A DNA stretch of 60,689 bases, taken from the IMG/VR virus record IMGVR_UViG_3300004173_000066, positions 1 through 60,689 of that record. One strand, 5' to 3'. Positions 29,060-38,708 of the stretch are shown in pieces; positions within the stretch are counted from its first letter, which is position 1; the number at the start of each line of letters is the position of its first letter. Origin of the DNA: a virus. Lineage: Duplodnaviria > Caudoviricetes. The notes under the pieces are model-generated. The model was given only the letters and a program-made list of their open reading frames with translations. It searched no databases and was not told the origin of the DNA. Position numbers and translations under genes: made by a program.

Positions 29060-29727
29060 GCGCGCGCGATGCCCTGCGCGAGGTGCTCACCGGCGCGGCG
29101 ATCCGCGCGATCGCCGGGATTCGCGACGCGGGGGAGGCCTTCCTCGCGCGCGTCGCCGCGCCCGACGGCGGCGACCCGGTGGACGTCGACACGTCCGATG
29201 CGGCGCCCGACGGCCGGGACGTCTGGGTGCGGGTCGAGGACGAGCTCACCGGCGCCCCCTCGACCGGGCGGCTGCACGTCCCGGGCAACATCCTCTTCGC
29301 GCTCCCCGAGTCGGGCGAGACGGTGATGGTCGTGCGGGGCCGAGACACCGGCGGCCCGGGCGCGGGGTACGTCTTCCTCGGCGACGCCGGGCGCGCGCTC
29401 CCGCCGTGGCTCCGGAGCGCCGTGGGGCTCTTCACGGCGAAGCTCTTGCGCCTGGAGTCGAGCGCGAGCCGCGTGGAGCTCGTCGCCCAGGACGGCGCGG
29501 CGGACGTGGTGCTCAACAAGGGCACCCTGCGCGTGGCGCGCGTCACCGACCGGGTCGTGGTCGGCACCCTCTCGGGCGTGGCCGGGCCCTACCCGGTGAA
29601 CTTCATCTTCACCCCGCAGCAGGCCGACGGCACCCCGGGCGCCCCGACCGCGCTCGGCACGACGGTCACCCTCGGCGCCTTCGTGGCCGACCTCCCGGGC
29701 AACGGCGCCCCCCACGTGAAGGGATAG
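29056..29727 (+). CDS. Baseplate spike (gpV-like)
   Basis: FALPESGETVMV OB-fold motif; VARVTD. Confidence 0.7.
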   Translation: MSARDALREVLTGAAIRAIAGIRDAGEAFLARVAAPDGGDPVDVDTSDAAPDGRDVWVRVEDELTGAPSTGRLHVPGNILFALPESGETVMVVRGRDTGGPGAGYVFLGDAGRALPPWLRSAVGLFTAKLLRLESSASRVELVAQDGAADVVLNKGTLRVARVTDRVVVGTLSGVAGPYPVNFIFTPQQADGTPGAPTALGTTVTLGAFVADLPGNGAPHVKG

Positions 29728-29733
29728 CGAGCG

Positions 29734-30024
29734 ATGTCCCTCCAGGCAGGCAACGCGGACTGCACCACCGGGCTCGCGAAGCGCCTCTTTGATGCGCGCG
29801 TGGCGGGGATCACACTGCCGCCGCTGGGCGCGATGCGCGACGCCTGCGTGGCGTCCCTCAAGGCGGACTGCTTCGCGATCGCGGGCGCCGTCGTCGACGA
29901 GATCGCGGCCAACGCCCACGTCCAGACGATCGTGAACGTCGGCAGCCTCCAGACGAGCACCGCGCTCGGCGACCCGACCGACGCCCCCCCGTCGGCGGTC
30001 GCGCTCAGCGGCACCGTGAGCTGA
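29734..30024 (+). CDS. Small baseplate-associated protein
   Basis: AIAGAVVDEIAANAHV pattern commonly seen after spike genes. Confidence 0.55.
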   Translation: MSLQAGNADCTTGLAKRLFDARVAGITLPPLGAMRDACVASLKADCFAIAGAVVDEIAANAHVQTIVNVGSLQTSTALGDPTDAPPSAVALSGTVS

Positions 30025-30027
30025 ACC

Positions 30028-31044
30028 GTGCCGAGCCCTGACGAGATCCGCATCACCGAGCAGGACATGCCGGACGCGCTCGAGGTCGTGCTCGACGGCG
30101 ACGACCTGCCCTACGCCGAGGAGCGCGGCAGCGCCGCCTTCGAGTCGGGCGGCAAGCTGGTGAAGGAGCGCATCGACCTCCCCGGCCGCACGGCGCCCAT
30201 CTTCCACGTCCACGCCTCGCCCGAGCGGCCGATGGTGCTCAAGGGCGCCTTCCGCGACTGGCTCACGAGCGAGGGCCACGCTCGCCTCATGCGCGACCAG
30301 CTCCTCGCGATCTGGCGGCGCGCGAACCTCCTGCGCCTGGTCTGGAACGGCCAGGAGCGCGTGGTGCTCCTCGATGAGCCGAAGTTCGGCGAGGAGTCCG
30401 CGCACTCCATCACCTACGAGCTCACCTTCGAGGTCGCGACAGCGCCCGATGCACAGCTCTTCGAGGCCCCGGCCCCCGCCGCGCCCCTCAGCGACCTCGT
30501 CGATGTCCTGAAGACGCGCCTGGCCGCCCGCCGCGCCGCGATGGCCCGCGTGGGGCTCCAGCGGACCCTCCTCCAGAGCGTGCTCGCCGGGGTCGACGCC
30601 GCGCTCGGCGGCCTCGATGAGGTCCAGCGCGAGGTCGCAGGCCTCGACCGCACCCTCGGGAGCCTCGGCGCGCGCCTGCGGCGGGTGATGGCTGTTGCCG
30701 ACCGCGCGCAGCAGCTCGCGGCGGCGCCCCAGCGCCTGCTGCGGCAGCTCGACGTGCAGCGAGGCCTCGTCGTCGCCCGCGCGAGCGACATCGCCGAGGG
30801 GTGGAAGGCGCAGCTCGAGCTCGTGCTCACCCTCGAGGACGTCCTCGACGGGATGCGCGCCGTGCGCGCCGAGGCCCGGCGACGGCTCGCCCGGACCGAT
30901 CGGCTCTACCGCGTGCGCCCCGGCGACACGCTCGAATCCATCGCCGCGGCGCTCCTCGGGAGCGCGGCGCGCGGCGGGGAGCTCGGCGTGCGCGCCGACC
31001 AGCTCACCCCCGGCCGCCTCCTCCGCCTGCCCGGGAGCTCGTAG
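30028..31044 (+). CDS. gpU-like tube initiator with C-terminal LysM-like domain
   Basis: YRVRPGDTLESIA...LTPGRLLRLP. Confidence 0.7.
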   Translation: MPSPDEIRITEQDMPDALEVVLDGDDLPYAEERGSAAFESGGKLVKERIDLPGRTAPIFHVHASPERPMVLKGAFRDWLTSEGHARLMRDQLLAIWRRANLLRLVWNGQERVVLLDEPKFGEESAHSITYELTFEVATAPDAQLFEAPAPAAPLSDLVDVLKTRLAARRAAMARVGLQRTLLQSVLAGVDAALGGLDEVQREVAGLDRTLGSLGARLRRVMAVADRAQQLAAAPQRLLRQLDVQRGLVVARASDIAEGWKAQLELVLTLEDVLDGMRAVRAEARRRLARTDRLYRVRPGDTLESIAAALLGSAARGGELGVRADQLTPGRLLRLPGSS

Positions 31045-31725
31045 ATGCCCGCCATCGTCCAGGTCGACCCCCGCTCGCCCTACCGGCTGCGCGTGGTCTG
31101 GGACACCCCCGCCGCAGGGCAGGACGTGGCCGCCTCCTACGCGCTCGAGCGCGCCGACGGCGCGGGCCCGGGTCCGGCCGTCGCCGCGGCCTGGGGCGTC
31201 GATGCGGGCGCCGTCGAGCTCGCGCTCGCCACGCCGCTCGCTCCCGGCCTCGCGCTCGTGCTCACGCACACGGGGGGCGACCGGGTGCCCTTCGCCTGGT
31301 CGCCGTCGCCCACGCGCGCGGACGGTCCCGAGGCGGGCGCGGCGGACGACCCGGAGGCCGAGCTCTTCGGCGTCGACCTCGACTGGCTCTCCCCCGAGCT
31401 CGCGCCGGGGGGCGATGTGCCCGAAGTGCGCGGGATGGCGGCCTTGCGGGCGGACCTCGCGCATCTCGCCGTCACCGCCCCGGGGGAGCTCTTTCACCGC
31501 CCGACGGCGGGCGCCGCGCTCCCGCTCCGGGTGAACGGCGCTGGGGTCCCGGCCGAGCTCGGGCGCCTGTCGGCCGCCGTGCGCCGGGCGTGGGTGGCCG
31601 ACGACCGCGTGCGCCAGGCCTCGGTCTCGGTCGCGGGGCGCGCGGACGGGGGCGTGACGGCCACGGGCACGGTCGAGACGGTGTCGCTCCCGGGCGAGCC
31701 CGTGGACGTGGCGGTGAGGCGGTAA
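31045..31725 (+). CDS. gp25/gpW-like baseplate wedge protein
   Basis: TAPGELFHRPTAGA...DDRVRQ. Confidence 0.75.
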   Translation: MPAIVQVDPRSPYRLRVVWDTPAAGQDVAASYALERADGAGPGPAVAAAWGVDAGAVELALATPLAPGLALVLTHTGGDRVPFAWSPSPTRADGPEAGAADDPEAELFGVDLDWLSPELAPGGDVPEVRGMAALRADLAHLAVTAPGELFHRPTAGAALPLRVNGAGVPAELGRLSAAVRRAWVADDRVRQASVSVAGRADGGVTATGTVETVSLPGEPVDVAVRR

Positions 31726-32900
31726 TGGCAGATCTTCCGACCCCTGATGACCTCGCCCGCGCGGCGCAAGGATCGCTCCGCGTCTCGCTCGACCCGAGCG
31801 GGCGCGGCCTCGTGGACCTGCGCGCCGGGAGCCGCCTCGATGCCTTCGTGGGCGTGGGGGCGGCGCTCGGCACCCGCGTCTCGGCCTACGCCGCCGACCG
31901 CGCCGCGGCCGGGCGCCTCGCCACGGCGACGGGCGAGGACCTGGAGCAGTTCGCGCGCGACTTCTTCGACGAGGGCCGCAAGGTCGCCGTCGCCGCGACC
32001 GGGAGCCGGCGCTTCACCCGGACGGGCGGCACCGGGGCGACGTCCATCCCCCGCGGGTCGCGCGTCGGCGTCCCGGCGACGGCCACGCAGCCCGCGGTGG
32101 TGTTCGAGGCGATCGAGACCGTGGCCGTGGGCGCCGGGGTCACCACCGTCGACGTCGCGCTCCGGTGCACCGAGACGGGCCCCGCCGGGAACCTCACGGA
32201 CCCGGGCGCCGTCACGGCCCTGCTCGACCCGCTCCCCACGACCTCGCCCGCCTCGGCCTGGACCCTCGCGGCGACGCCGGGGGCGGTCTTCGGCGGCGGT
32301 GCGGCGGTCGAGACCGACGATGAGCTCCGGTACCGCCTGGGGCAGTACGACCCCATCACCGCCCGCATCCGGGGCACGCGCGACGCGATCCTCGCGGGGA
32401 CCCTGCGGGTGCCCGGCGTCCGCTGGGTCACCGCGATCGAGCCCGGCGACGGGACCGTGGTGGCGTTCGCGGGCGACGCGGGCTTCGCGCTCCCCGCGGC
32501 GCTCCGGAGCGCGATCGACACGGAGCTGCTCGGTTGGCGCTGCTTCGGGGTGCCCGTGCTGGTGCGTGGCTTCACGGTCACCCCCGTCCCCGTCACGGGC
32601 ACGATCTACATGGCGCGCCGCCTCGCCGAGTACGACGAGACGGCGCTGCGCGCCGCGGCCGTCGCCCGGGTGAAGGCCTACTTCGACGCCCGGCCCTACC
32701 CCGACGAGTACTTCGTCAACGCCCTCGAAGCCGCGCTCTTCCGCGCGGACGACGAGGTGCAGCAGGTGGTGCTCTCGTCGCCAATGGTCGATGTGCGCCG
32801 CCCCTCCGACGGGGGCTACGGCGCGCTGGGGACAGCCGTCCGCTACGTCGTCACGGACGCCTCGCTCCAGCTCACCTTCGCCGAACGCCTCTCGATCTGA
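31725..32900 (+). CDS. Baseplate J-like protein
   Basis: TATGEDLE, GPAGNL, GGAAVETDDELRYRL, RGTRDAI. Confidence 0.9.
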   Translation: MADLPTPDDLARAAQGSLRVSLDPSGRGLVDLRAGSRLDAFVGVGAALGTRVSAYAADRAAAGRLATATGEDLEQFARDFFDEGRKVAVAATGSRRFTRTGGTGATSIPRGSRVGVPATATQPAVVFEAIETVAVGAGVTTVDVALRCTETGPAGNLTDPGAVTALLDPLPTTSPASAWTLAATPGAVFGGGAAVETDDELRYRLGQYDPITARIRGTRDAILAGTLRVPGVRWVTAIEPGDGTVVAFAGDAGFALPAALRSAIDTELLGWRCFGVPVLVRGFTVTPVPVTGTIYMARRLAEYDETALRAAAVARVKAYFDARPYPDEYFVNALEAALFRADDEVQQVVLSSPMVDVRRPSDGGYGALGTAVRYVVTDASLQLTFAERLSI

Positions 32901-32913
32901 CGGAGCCCGCCCG

Positions 32914-33432
32914 ATGGCCATGTACCCCGACACGCAGCTCCGCGACGACCTGCCCGACGACGACTTCGGCGGTCGACCCGCGGTGGAGTTCGGCGGCCTC
33001 GCCTGGGCCTGGGCCAGCGCCGTGCTGACCTTCCTCGGCCGCGCGTACCTCGCCTACTGCCGCGTCCCATGGAGCACCGTGGTCGCGGTCTCGCAGAACG
33101 CCGCCGCGGCGGGCCAGGTCGCGGTCTTCGCGCCCGCCGTCGCCGTCACGGGCCGCGGCTACGTCGTGACGCCCTACGCGGCGAGCCTCACCGAGGCGCG
33201 CGTGCTGGGCGTGTATCTCGAGTCGTGCAGCGCCGGAGCGCGGGTGCGCATCGCGACGGCCGGGGTCCTGCCGCCGTCGGTCACCGGCCTCGGCTCGCGC
33301 GCGGCGCCCGCCGACGCCGGGCTCGACGCCGCGACGGGGCGGGTCCGGGTCGCGGTGGGCGGCGACCTGGTGCTCGGCCGGCTCGACGTCGCGGGCAACC
33401 TGCTCTTCACCGGCTACGGCGCCGGGGTCTGA
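32914..33432 (+). CDS. Virion protein (cement/decoration-like)
   Basis: AAAAGQVAV...LGVYLESCSAGARVRIATAG. Confidence 0.5.
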   Translation: MAMYPDTQLRDDLPDDDFGGRPAVEFGGLAWAWASAVLTFLGRAYLAYCRVPWSTVVAVSQNAAAAGQVAVFAPAVAVTGRGYVVTPYAASLTEARVLGVYLESCSAGARVRIATAGVLPPSVTGLGSRAAPADAGLDAATGRVRVAVGGDLVLGRLDVAGNLLFTGYGAGV

Positions 33433-33433
33433 G

Positions 33434-34240
33434 ATGCGGCTCCCCGCGGACAACAGCCTCGCGCTCGCGCCAGCCAACGACCAGCTCGTGCTCGACCGGA
33501 GCGACCGTCCCGCGCCCACGCGGGAGGCCGTGCTCGCGCTGGCTCCGTCCTGGGTGCGCGAGGCCGAGAGCCCCGTGCGCGCCGCCGTGCTCGATGGGCT
33601 CTCGTCCCAGATGAACCTCACCTGGGCGCGCTCGGGCCAGGCGCTCGCCGCGATCGCCTCGCCCCGCAACGCCCCGGACCTCTGGCTCGACGCCTGGGGC
33701 GAGCTCCTGCACCGCCCGCGCGTGGCCGGAGAGGGGGACGGGCCCTACCGGGCGCGCCTCCTCGCACGGCCCGACGTGGTCACACCCAGCGCCATCCGCA
33801 GCGCCGTGGAGCGCATCGCGGCGGAGGCCACCTCGGTCCCGCCGGTCGCGATAGAGCCCGCCGTCGATGCCGTCTTCGCCGCGCCCGTCGTGAGCGCCTG
33901 GAGCTGCTTCGCGCAGCCCGCGACCGCGCGGCTCTGGTCCGAGGATCCGAGTCGGCCGGGCGAGCGCTGGGGCGCCTGGGCGACGCCCGTGGCGCGCGCC
34001 CTCTTCTGGGTCGTGCTCCCGACCGAGGCCGCCGAGGGGGAGCCGATCGCGTTCGCGGAGCGCCTCCCGGGCGATGCGGCGAGCGACAGCTTCGCGGCCG
34101 CGGCGGGCGGGGCATGGGCCTTCGCGCTTGCCAGCGCGAGCAGCCTCTTCGACCGCGTGATCGCCGAGGTCGAGCCCCGCCGAGGCGGCGGCGTGGCCTG
34201 GCTGATGTTCAACGACCCGCTGCTCTTCGCGGCGGTGTGA
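33434..34240 (+). CDS. Baseplate wedge gpI-like protein
   Basis: WLDAWGELLHRPRVAGEGDGPYRARLL. Confidence 0.7.
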   Translation: MRLPADNSLALAPANDQLVLDRSDRPAPTREAVLALAPSWVREAESPVRAAVLDGLSSQMNLTWARSGQALAAIASPRNAPDLWLDAWGELLHRPRVAGEGDGPYRARLLARPDVVTPSAIRSAVERIAAEATSVPPVAIEPAVDAVFAAPVVSAWSCFAQPATARLWSEDPSRPGERWGAWATPVARALFWVVLPTEAAEGEPIAFAERLPGDAASDSFAAAAGGAWAFALASASSLFDRVIAEVEPRRGGGVAWLMFNDPLLFAAV

Positions 34241-34247
34241 GGCAACC

Positions 34248-35375
34248 ATGAGTGGAACTCTCGCCAAGTGGACCGACGGCCAGGCCGTCACGACCCCGGA
34301 CCTTCAGCGCGGGGCCAACGCGGCCGCCGCGGCCGACGACCTCGTGTATGAGGCCCTGCTGCCCGTGACGACGTTCGTGGGCAGCCACCGGCGTGTCCTG
34401 CCGCTCGTGCCGGAGGACGAGGGCGGCGCCGTGCAGAATCACGTCTCCGGCGTCGGAGCGGGACTCCTCTACGTGCAGCCCGCGCTCTACGAGGCGGCCG
34501 AGGAGATCCCCTCGGGGAGCGACGTGCTGCAGGTGGTCCTCGCGGGCCGCCTGCGCGACGGCTTCCAGTCGACCGCGGCCCTCTCGGCCAATCCCACGGG
34601 CTCGCCCCGCACGGACCTGCTCTACGCGGTTCTCACGCGCGCGACGACGCTCTCCGAGACCCGGCGCGTGAAGGACCTCGACGGGCACGTCGCGAGCACC
34701 GCGCTCGCCGTCGAGAACAAGCCCACGGTCGCCTTCCTGATCGCCGAGGGCACGACCTCAGCGCCCGCCGAGGGGGTTGGGGCCTACCACTTCCCGCTCG
34801 CGCAGATCACGCTCCCGGCCCTGTACACCGAGGGCACCGCCATCACGCAGGACATGATCCGGCAGGTGTGGCAGCGGGCCTTCGTGCCTACGACGGCCCT
34901 GCGCGCGGTCGTGGGCGACGAGTTCGGCGCGGGCGTCGCGGGCGTGCTCGAGCCCGTCAGCACGCCGCCGGACTGGAGCCGCTTCGGGGCCGAGCACCGC
35001 TTCGCGCTCGTGTTCAAGCACCTCGGCGAGAGCGCGACCACGTGGAACTTCGGCGACCGCGCCTCCCGGCTCGACTGGCGCAACCGGCTCGTGCGCTTCT
35101 CGCTCGTGCGCGCCGCCTCCCACGCGGGCGCCTACCCGTCGGCCCACCAGGTCACCGCGCCTGGCGCGAGCCTGAGCGAGACCTCGGGCTGGCTCTTCAC
35201 CGGCACCACCGCCGGGACGATCTGGACGAGCGCCCGCGGCTTCGTGCTCGGGATCGGGATCGGGCTCGGGATCGGGCTCCTCCAGCTCTCCAAGCCCGCG
35301 GGCTCCCCGCCGGACGACGGCACCCTGGGGGACAACTGGCTCCTCGTCGTCGAGACGATGGACCGCTTCCTCTAA
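34248..35375 (+). CDS. Tail fibre/baseplate-attachment protein
   Basis: WTDGQAVTTPDL start; ANPTGSPRTDLLY and PLAQITLPA motifs. Confidence 0.65.
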   Translation: MSGTLAKWTDGQAVTTPDLQRGANAAAAADDLVYEALLPVTTFVGSHRRVLPLVPEDEGGAVQNHVSGVGAGLLYVQPALYEAAEEIPSGSDVLQVVLAGRLRDGFQSTAALSANPTGSPRTDLLYAVLTRATTLSETRRVKDLDGHVASTALAVENKPTVAFLIAEGTTSAPAEGVGAYHFPLAQITLPALYTEGTAITQDMIRQVWQRAFVPTTALRAVVGDEFGAGVAGVLEPVSTPPDWSRFGAEHRFALVFKHLGESATTWNFGDRASRLDWRNRLVRFSLVRAASHAGAYPSAHQVTAPGASLSETSGWLFTGTTAGTIWTSARGFVLGIGIGLGIGLLQLSKPAGSPPDDGTLGDNWLLVVETMDRFL

Positions 35376-36046
35376 CGGCAGGGGATCTCGCCGCTGGCGC
35401 GCCAGCAGGCGTTGCTCGTGGGGCTGGCGCCCGCGAAGCAGCGCGCCTCGCGCGAGAGATACGCCGACGCGTTCGGCGCGAGCTGCGACGACAGGCACCG
35501 TCGCAGCCCACCGAACGTCGCGACGCGCGCCGCGAGCTCCGGGAATCGCGCGAGCTGCGCCTCGCACCAGCGGGTGAGGGGGTGGATGGAGGGCCCGCCG
35601 CCCGGCCCGAACACCTGCGCCGGGTCGTCGTCCGCGTGGCCGTCGCAGTCCTCGTCGACGCCATCGCAGACCTCCATCGCGCTCGGGTGCGCGGCGGGGT
35701 TCCGATCGTCGCAGTCGCCGTTCATCGGCGCGAACCCGGGCGTCACCGCGTCGCAGGCCGCCATGCGCGACGCGCCGGTCCCGTAGCCGTCGCCGTCCTG
35801 GTCGGGCCACACGGGCCGCAGGCAGGGTCCGTCGCCCGCGGGGGCGTCCGCGCCCACCTCCGTCGACGCGTCGTCCGCTCCCGCCGCGTCGGCGAGCTCG
35901 CCGCCGTCTGCCGCCACGCACTGCCCGCCCTCGCACGCTGTCCCCGGTCCGCACGCGCCGCCGCAGGGGCCGGCGTCGGGGAAGAGAGGCAGCTCGGCCG
36001 AGCAGGCCGCGAGGGCGAGGGCGAGGAGCAGGATGAGGGAGCGCAT
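35372..36046 (-). CDS. Cys-rich lipoprotein with MopE-type metal-binding repeat (moron)
   Basis: MRSLILLLALALAAC lipobox; CGGACGPGTACEGGQC; DQDGDGYG...DCDDRNPAAHPSAMEVCDGVDEDCDG. Confidence 0.8.
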   Translation of the reverse strand: MRSLILLLALALAACSAELPLFPDAGPCGGACGPGTACEGGQCVAADGGELADAAGADDASTEVGADAPAGDGPCLRPVWPDQDGDGYGTGASRMAACDAVTPGFAPMNGDCDDRNPAAHPSAMEVCDGVDEDCDGHADDDPAQVFGPGGGPSIHPLTRWCEAQLARFPELAARVATFGGLRRCLSSQLAPNASAYLSREARCFAGASPTSNACWRASGEIPCR

Positions 36047-36199
36047 CGTCAGGGAGGGTGCTCCCGGCCGCGCGGGCCCTGCAACCCCCTGGTCCCGGCG
36101 CGGGCTCCCTGATCGGCAACACGTTGCTGGTGCTCGACACGCGCCTGCTGTCCGCCCCCCGGACACTCGTCCCCTCTCACCCGCCAGGACACCCACACC

Positions 36200-37150
36200 A
36201 TGAAAGAGATCGCACGCCCGGGCGGCGGCCGCGCCCTCCTGATCGAGGCCCTGCGCATCCTCGGCGCCACGATCGGGCAGACGCTCGTGCACAACGGCAC
36301 GGAGTTCGTGCCCGGCGTGCCCGCCCCGAGTGCGCCCGCGGCGCACGCCGCTTCGCACGCGACGGGGGGTAGCGATCCGATCACGGCGGACAACATCGGT
36401 GCGCTCGCGGTCACCGAGCTCAACAAGCCCGTGCACGGGCTCAACATGGATGGCGAGGTCATCTCGGGACTCGGCGAGCCCGCCGCGGACGACCACGCCA
36501 CGACGAAGCTCTACGTCGACACGGCCATCGCGGCGTCGGGAGCAGCGACCACGGCCTACGACTTCAGCGCGGCCACCGGCTTCACCGCCGACGGCGGCGT
36601 GGGCGGCACGGCCGCCGTCACCGCGGGCGTCGCGCGCCTCTCCAACCCGGCCGGGACCGCGTACCGCACGGCTGCGGTCGCCTACCAGGGCCCGTCGATC
36701 CGTCGCGCGCTCCCGTCGCCCTCCTACGTCGACGTGGCGGTGCGCCTCGCGGCGGGGCCCTCCGTCGTTGGCACGCAGGTCACGCTGGAACTCAGCGACG
36801 CGGCCACGGCCGGCACGCGCGTCTGCGTGCTCGTGCAGCAGACCCGGGACGTGTCGATCTACCGCCAGGACACGAACGCGATCCTGGCCACGGCGGGCGG
36901 CGCCTTCGCGAGCTTCACGGGGCAGGAGTGGGTGAGGATCCGCGCCGTACCCGGCTTCATCCTCGCCTACTACGGCGTGGGCGTCGGCGGGGCCATGCCG
37001 ACCGCGTGGACCCAAGTCGGCAGCGCGCTCGCGCTCTCGGCTTTCTGGTCCCACGTCACGCTCGGGCTCGTCGTGGTGTCCACCGGCGCGGACTCCACCG
37101 TCGACCTCGACGACCTCACCGTCCTCTCGGTGCCGACGCCCTCGCTCTGA
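36200..37150 (+). CDS. Tail fibre / receptor-binding protein
   Basis: HAASHATGGSDPIT and EPAADDHATTKLYVD fibre motifs; lectin-like beta C-terminus. Confidence 0.65.
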   Translation: MKEIARPGGGRALLIEALRILGATIGQTLVHNGTEFVPGVPAPSAPAAHAASHATGGSDPITADNIGALAVTELNKPVHGLNMDGEVISGLGEPAADDHATTKLYVDTAIAASGAATTAYDFSAATGFTADGGVGGTAAVTAGVARLSNPAGTAYRTAAVAYQGPSIRRALPSPSYVDVAVRLAAGPSVVGTQVTLELSDAATAGTRVCVLVQQTRDVSIYRQDTNAILATAGGAFASFTGQEWVRIRAVPGFILAYYGVGVGGAMPTAWTQVGSALALSAFWSHVTLGLVVVSTGADSTVDLDDLTVLSVPTPSL

Positions 37151-37207
37151 CGCTCCCGCCCCTCCGCCCCACCCACCGCGGCTCACGGCCGCAGACGGAC
37201 CCTGCCC

Positions 37208-37486
37208 GTGCACGACCACCACCCCAACGCCCTCATGGGCGCGCTCGCGTTCCTGTCCGCTGGCGCTGGCGCCGTTCTTGGCGAGCGGCTCATCTCCGCC
37301 CTCGTCGGCCTCGGGATGAGCCTCCTCGGCTCGCTGCTCTACCAGCTCGCCCAGCGTGCGATCCGCGTCGGGGGTGACGCGCTCGAGCAGCGCGCCCGCC
37401 GCCGCCTCGGCGTCGCCCTCGCGCCCTCGTCGACGGACGCCCCGGGGCGTCCCGAGACGTCCCAGGACGTCCCGCCCGCCGCCTGA
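37208..37486 (+). CDS. Holin-like membrane protein
   Basis: Two hydrophobic segments, charged C-tail, at the start of the lysis region. Confidence 0.5.
   Translation: MHDHHPNALMGALAFLSAGAGAVLGERLISALVGLGMSLLGSLLYQLAQRAIRVGGDALEQRARRRLGVALAPSSTDAPGRPETSQDVPPAA
37436..37471. repeat. GACGTC array 3 (4 copies, 2 degenerate)
   Basis: GACGCC 37436, GGCGTC 37446, GACGTC 37456 and 37466. Confidence 0.8.
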
Positions 37487-37620
37487 TCCCATGGCGCGGC
37501 CCCGCGAGACGGGACATCCCGGGAGCGCCGCAGGCCGCGGTCAATCTTACGCGTGTTCGTAAGCAGGGGCTTACGTCAAGGCCTTGCCTCGTCCCCCCCA
37601 CCTCCGTATCTTCCGCCCCG

Positions 37621-37881
37621 ATGCGTCGTCGTTTGATCACTCCCCAGCCCGGTGGACCCACGGTGGATGCCTCTGCGTTTCTCGCAGGTGTGGCAGCCCT
37701 CGGCGAGGGCATGGCCGGGCTTTGCCTGCACGCGAAGAGCTCCGCCTCGGTGATCTACTACCGGTCGCCGGGGCACGACCGGGAGGCGCTGCGGGCGGAC
37801 GTCCACCACGTCGCCCATGATCTGGGCGAGGCCTTCGTGGCCTATGAGCAGAACCGCAAGGCGCGCGGCCTGACGCCGTGA
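37621..37881 (+). CDS. Hypothetical protein (moron gene 1)
   Basis: Coupled to the DUF2335 gene; start uncertain. Confidence 0.5.
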   Translation: MRRRLITPQPGGPTVDASAFLAGVAALGEGMAGLCLHAKSSASVIYYRSPGHDREALRADVHHVAHDLGEAFVAYEQNRKARGLTP

Positions 37882-38417
37882 CGAAGAAGCAGACGGACCG
37901 ACCCTCGCCGATCGAGGAAGGGCGGACGTCCCTTCAGCCCGCCTCTCCGTCTTCGCCGGACAACCGCCGTGCGCGTCTGGCCAGCGCGCACCCCGACGGC
38001 ACCCAGCTCGCGGCCGACATCCCCTGGAACGATGGCCCGCTCCCTCCGGCGGCCGAACTGCAGGCGTACCAGGAAGTGGATCCGCAGCTCGTTCCGTGGC
38101 TCCTGGCGGCGGCTGATAAGGAGCAGAGCCACCGCCATGATGCGGACCGGGCCCAGTGGGCGGAGGTCAGCGCGGCCTCGGCGGTCAACGCCTATCGCAG
38201 CAAGGTCGGTCTCTGGTTGGGGTTCGTGATTGCGATCGTCGGGCTCCTCGTCGCGGGCGTCACGGCGTATGTTGGGCACCCGGTCACCGCCGGCGTCATC
38301 GGCGGCCTGGACCTGGTGTCCTTGCTCGCGGCTACGGGGCTGGCCCGGCGGGCGTCCAGTACCGGCGCTCTGCCCGCCGAGTCGCCTGCGGCAACGGCCC
38401 TGCCTCCGCCGCGCTGA
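37878..38417 (+). CDS. DUF2335 membrane protein
   Basis: GPLPPAAELQAYQEVDP...AADKEQSHRH followed by two TM helices. Confidence 0.85.
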   Translation: MTKKQTDRPSPIEEGRTSLQPASPSSPDNRRARLASAHPDGTQLAADIPWNDGPLPPAAELQAYQEVDPQLVPWLLAAADKEQSHRHDADRAQWAEVSAASAVNAYRSKVGLWLGFVIAIVGLLVAGVTAYVGHPVTAGVIGGLDLVSLLAATGLARRASSTGALPAESPAATALPPPR

Positions 38418-38574
38418 ACGTTTCCGCGCCTCGCGTCCATGCGCACCCGTGACGGCCCGCTCCCTCCCCGTGAGGGGCGCGGGCCGTAGCTTTTCGGCCC
38501 ACGTCCTTCCCTAGCGCGCCGATGGCGTCCCCTGGAGCGGGGGCGCCCGCAGCCCCGCCGCGCTCGTCGCACCG

Positions 38575-38605
38575 GACGTCCTCGGACGTCCCGCCCGCCG
38601 CCTGA
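38575..38605. repeat. GACGTC array 4 and direct repeat of 37456-37486
   Basis: GACGTC at 38575 and 38585; GGACGTCCCGCCCGCCGCCTGA identical at 37465-37486 and 38584-38605. Confidence 0.85.
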
Positions 38606-38708
38606 CCCTGCGGCCCCTCGGCTGCCGGGGTCTGCCGCCTTCTGCAACACGCCCATCGCCGTCCACCCACCCGCTACGCGCCGCCCCTCGGCGCGGAAAG
38701 GCCGCCCC

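Noticed and set aside
22940-34240. Stand-alone contractile injection system (eCIS/tailocin)
   Set aside because: Terminase, portal, capsid, integrase and replication genes are present, so this is a full phage.
35248-35279. CTCGGGATCGGG hexamer repeats
   Set aside because: Encodes an in-frame LGIGIGLGIGL stretch; no evidence of phase variation.
34248-37150. DGR or invertible tail-fibre cassette
   Set aside because: No reverse transcriptase, invertase, template/variable repeat pair or flanking inverted repeats were seen.
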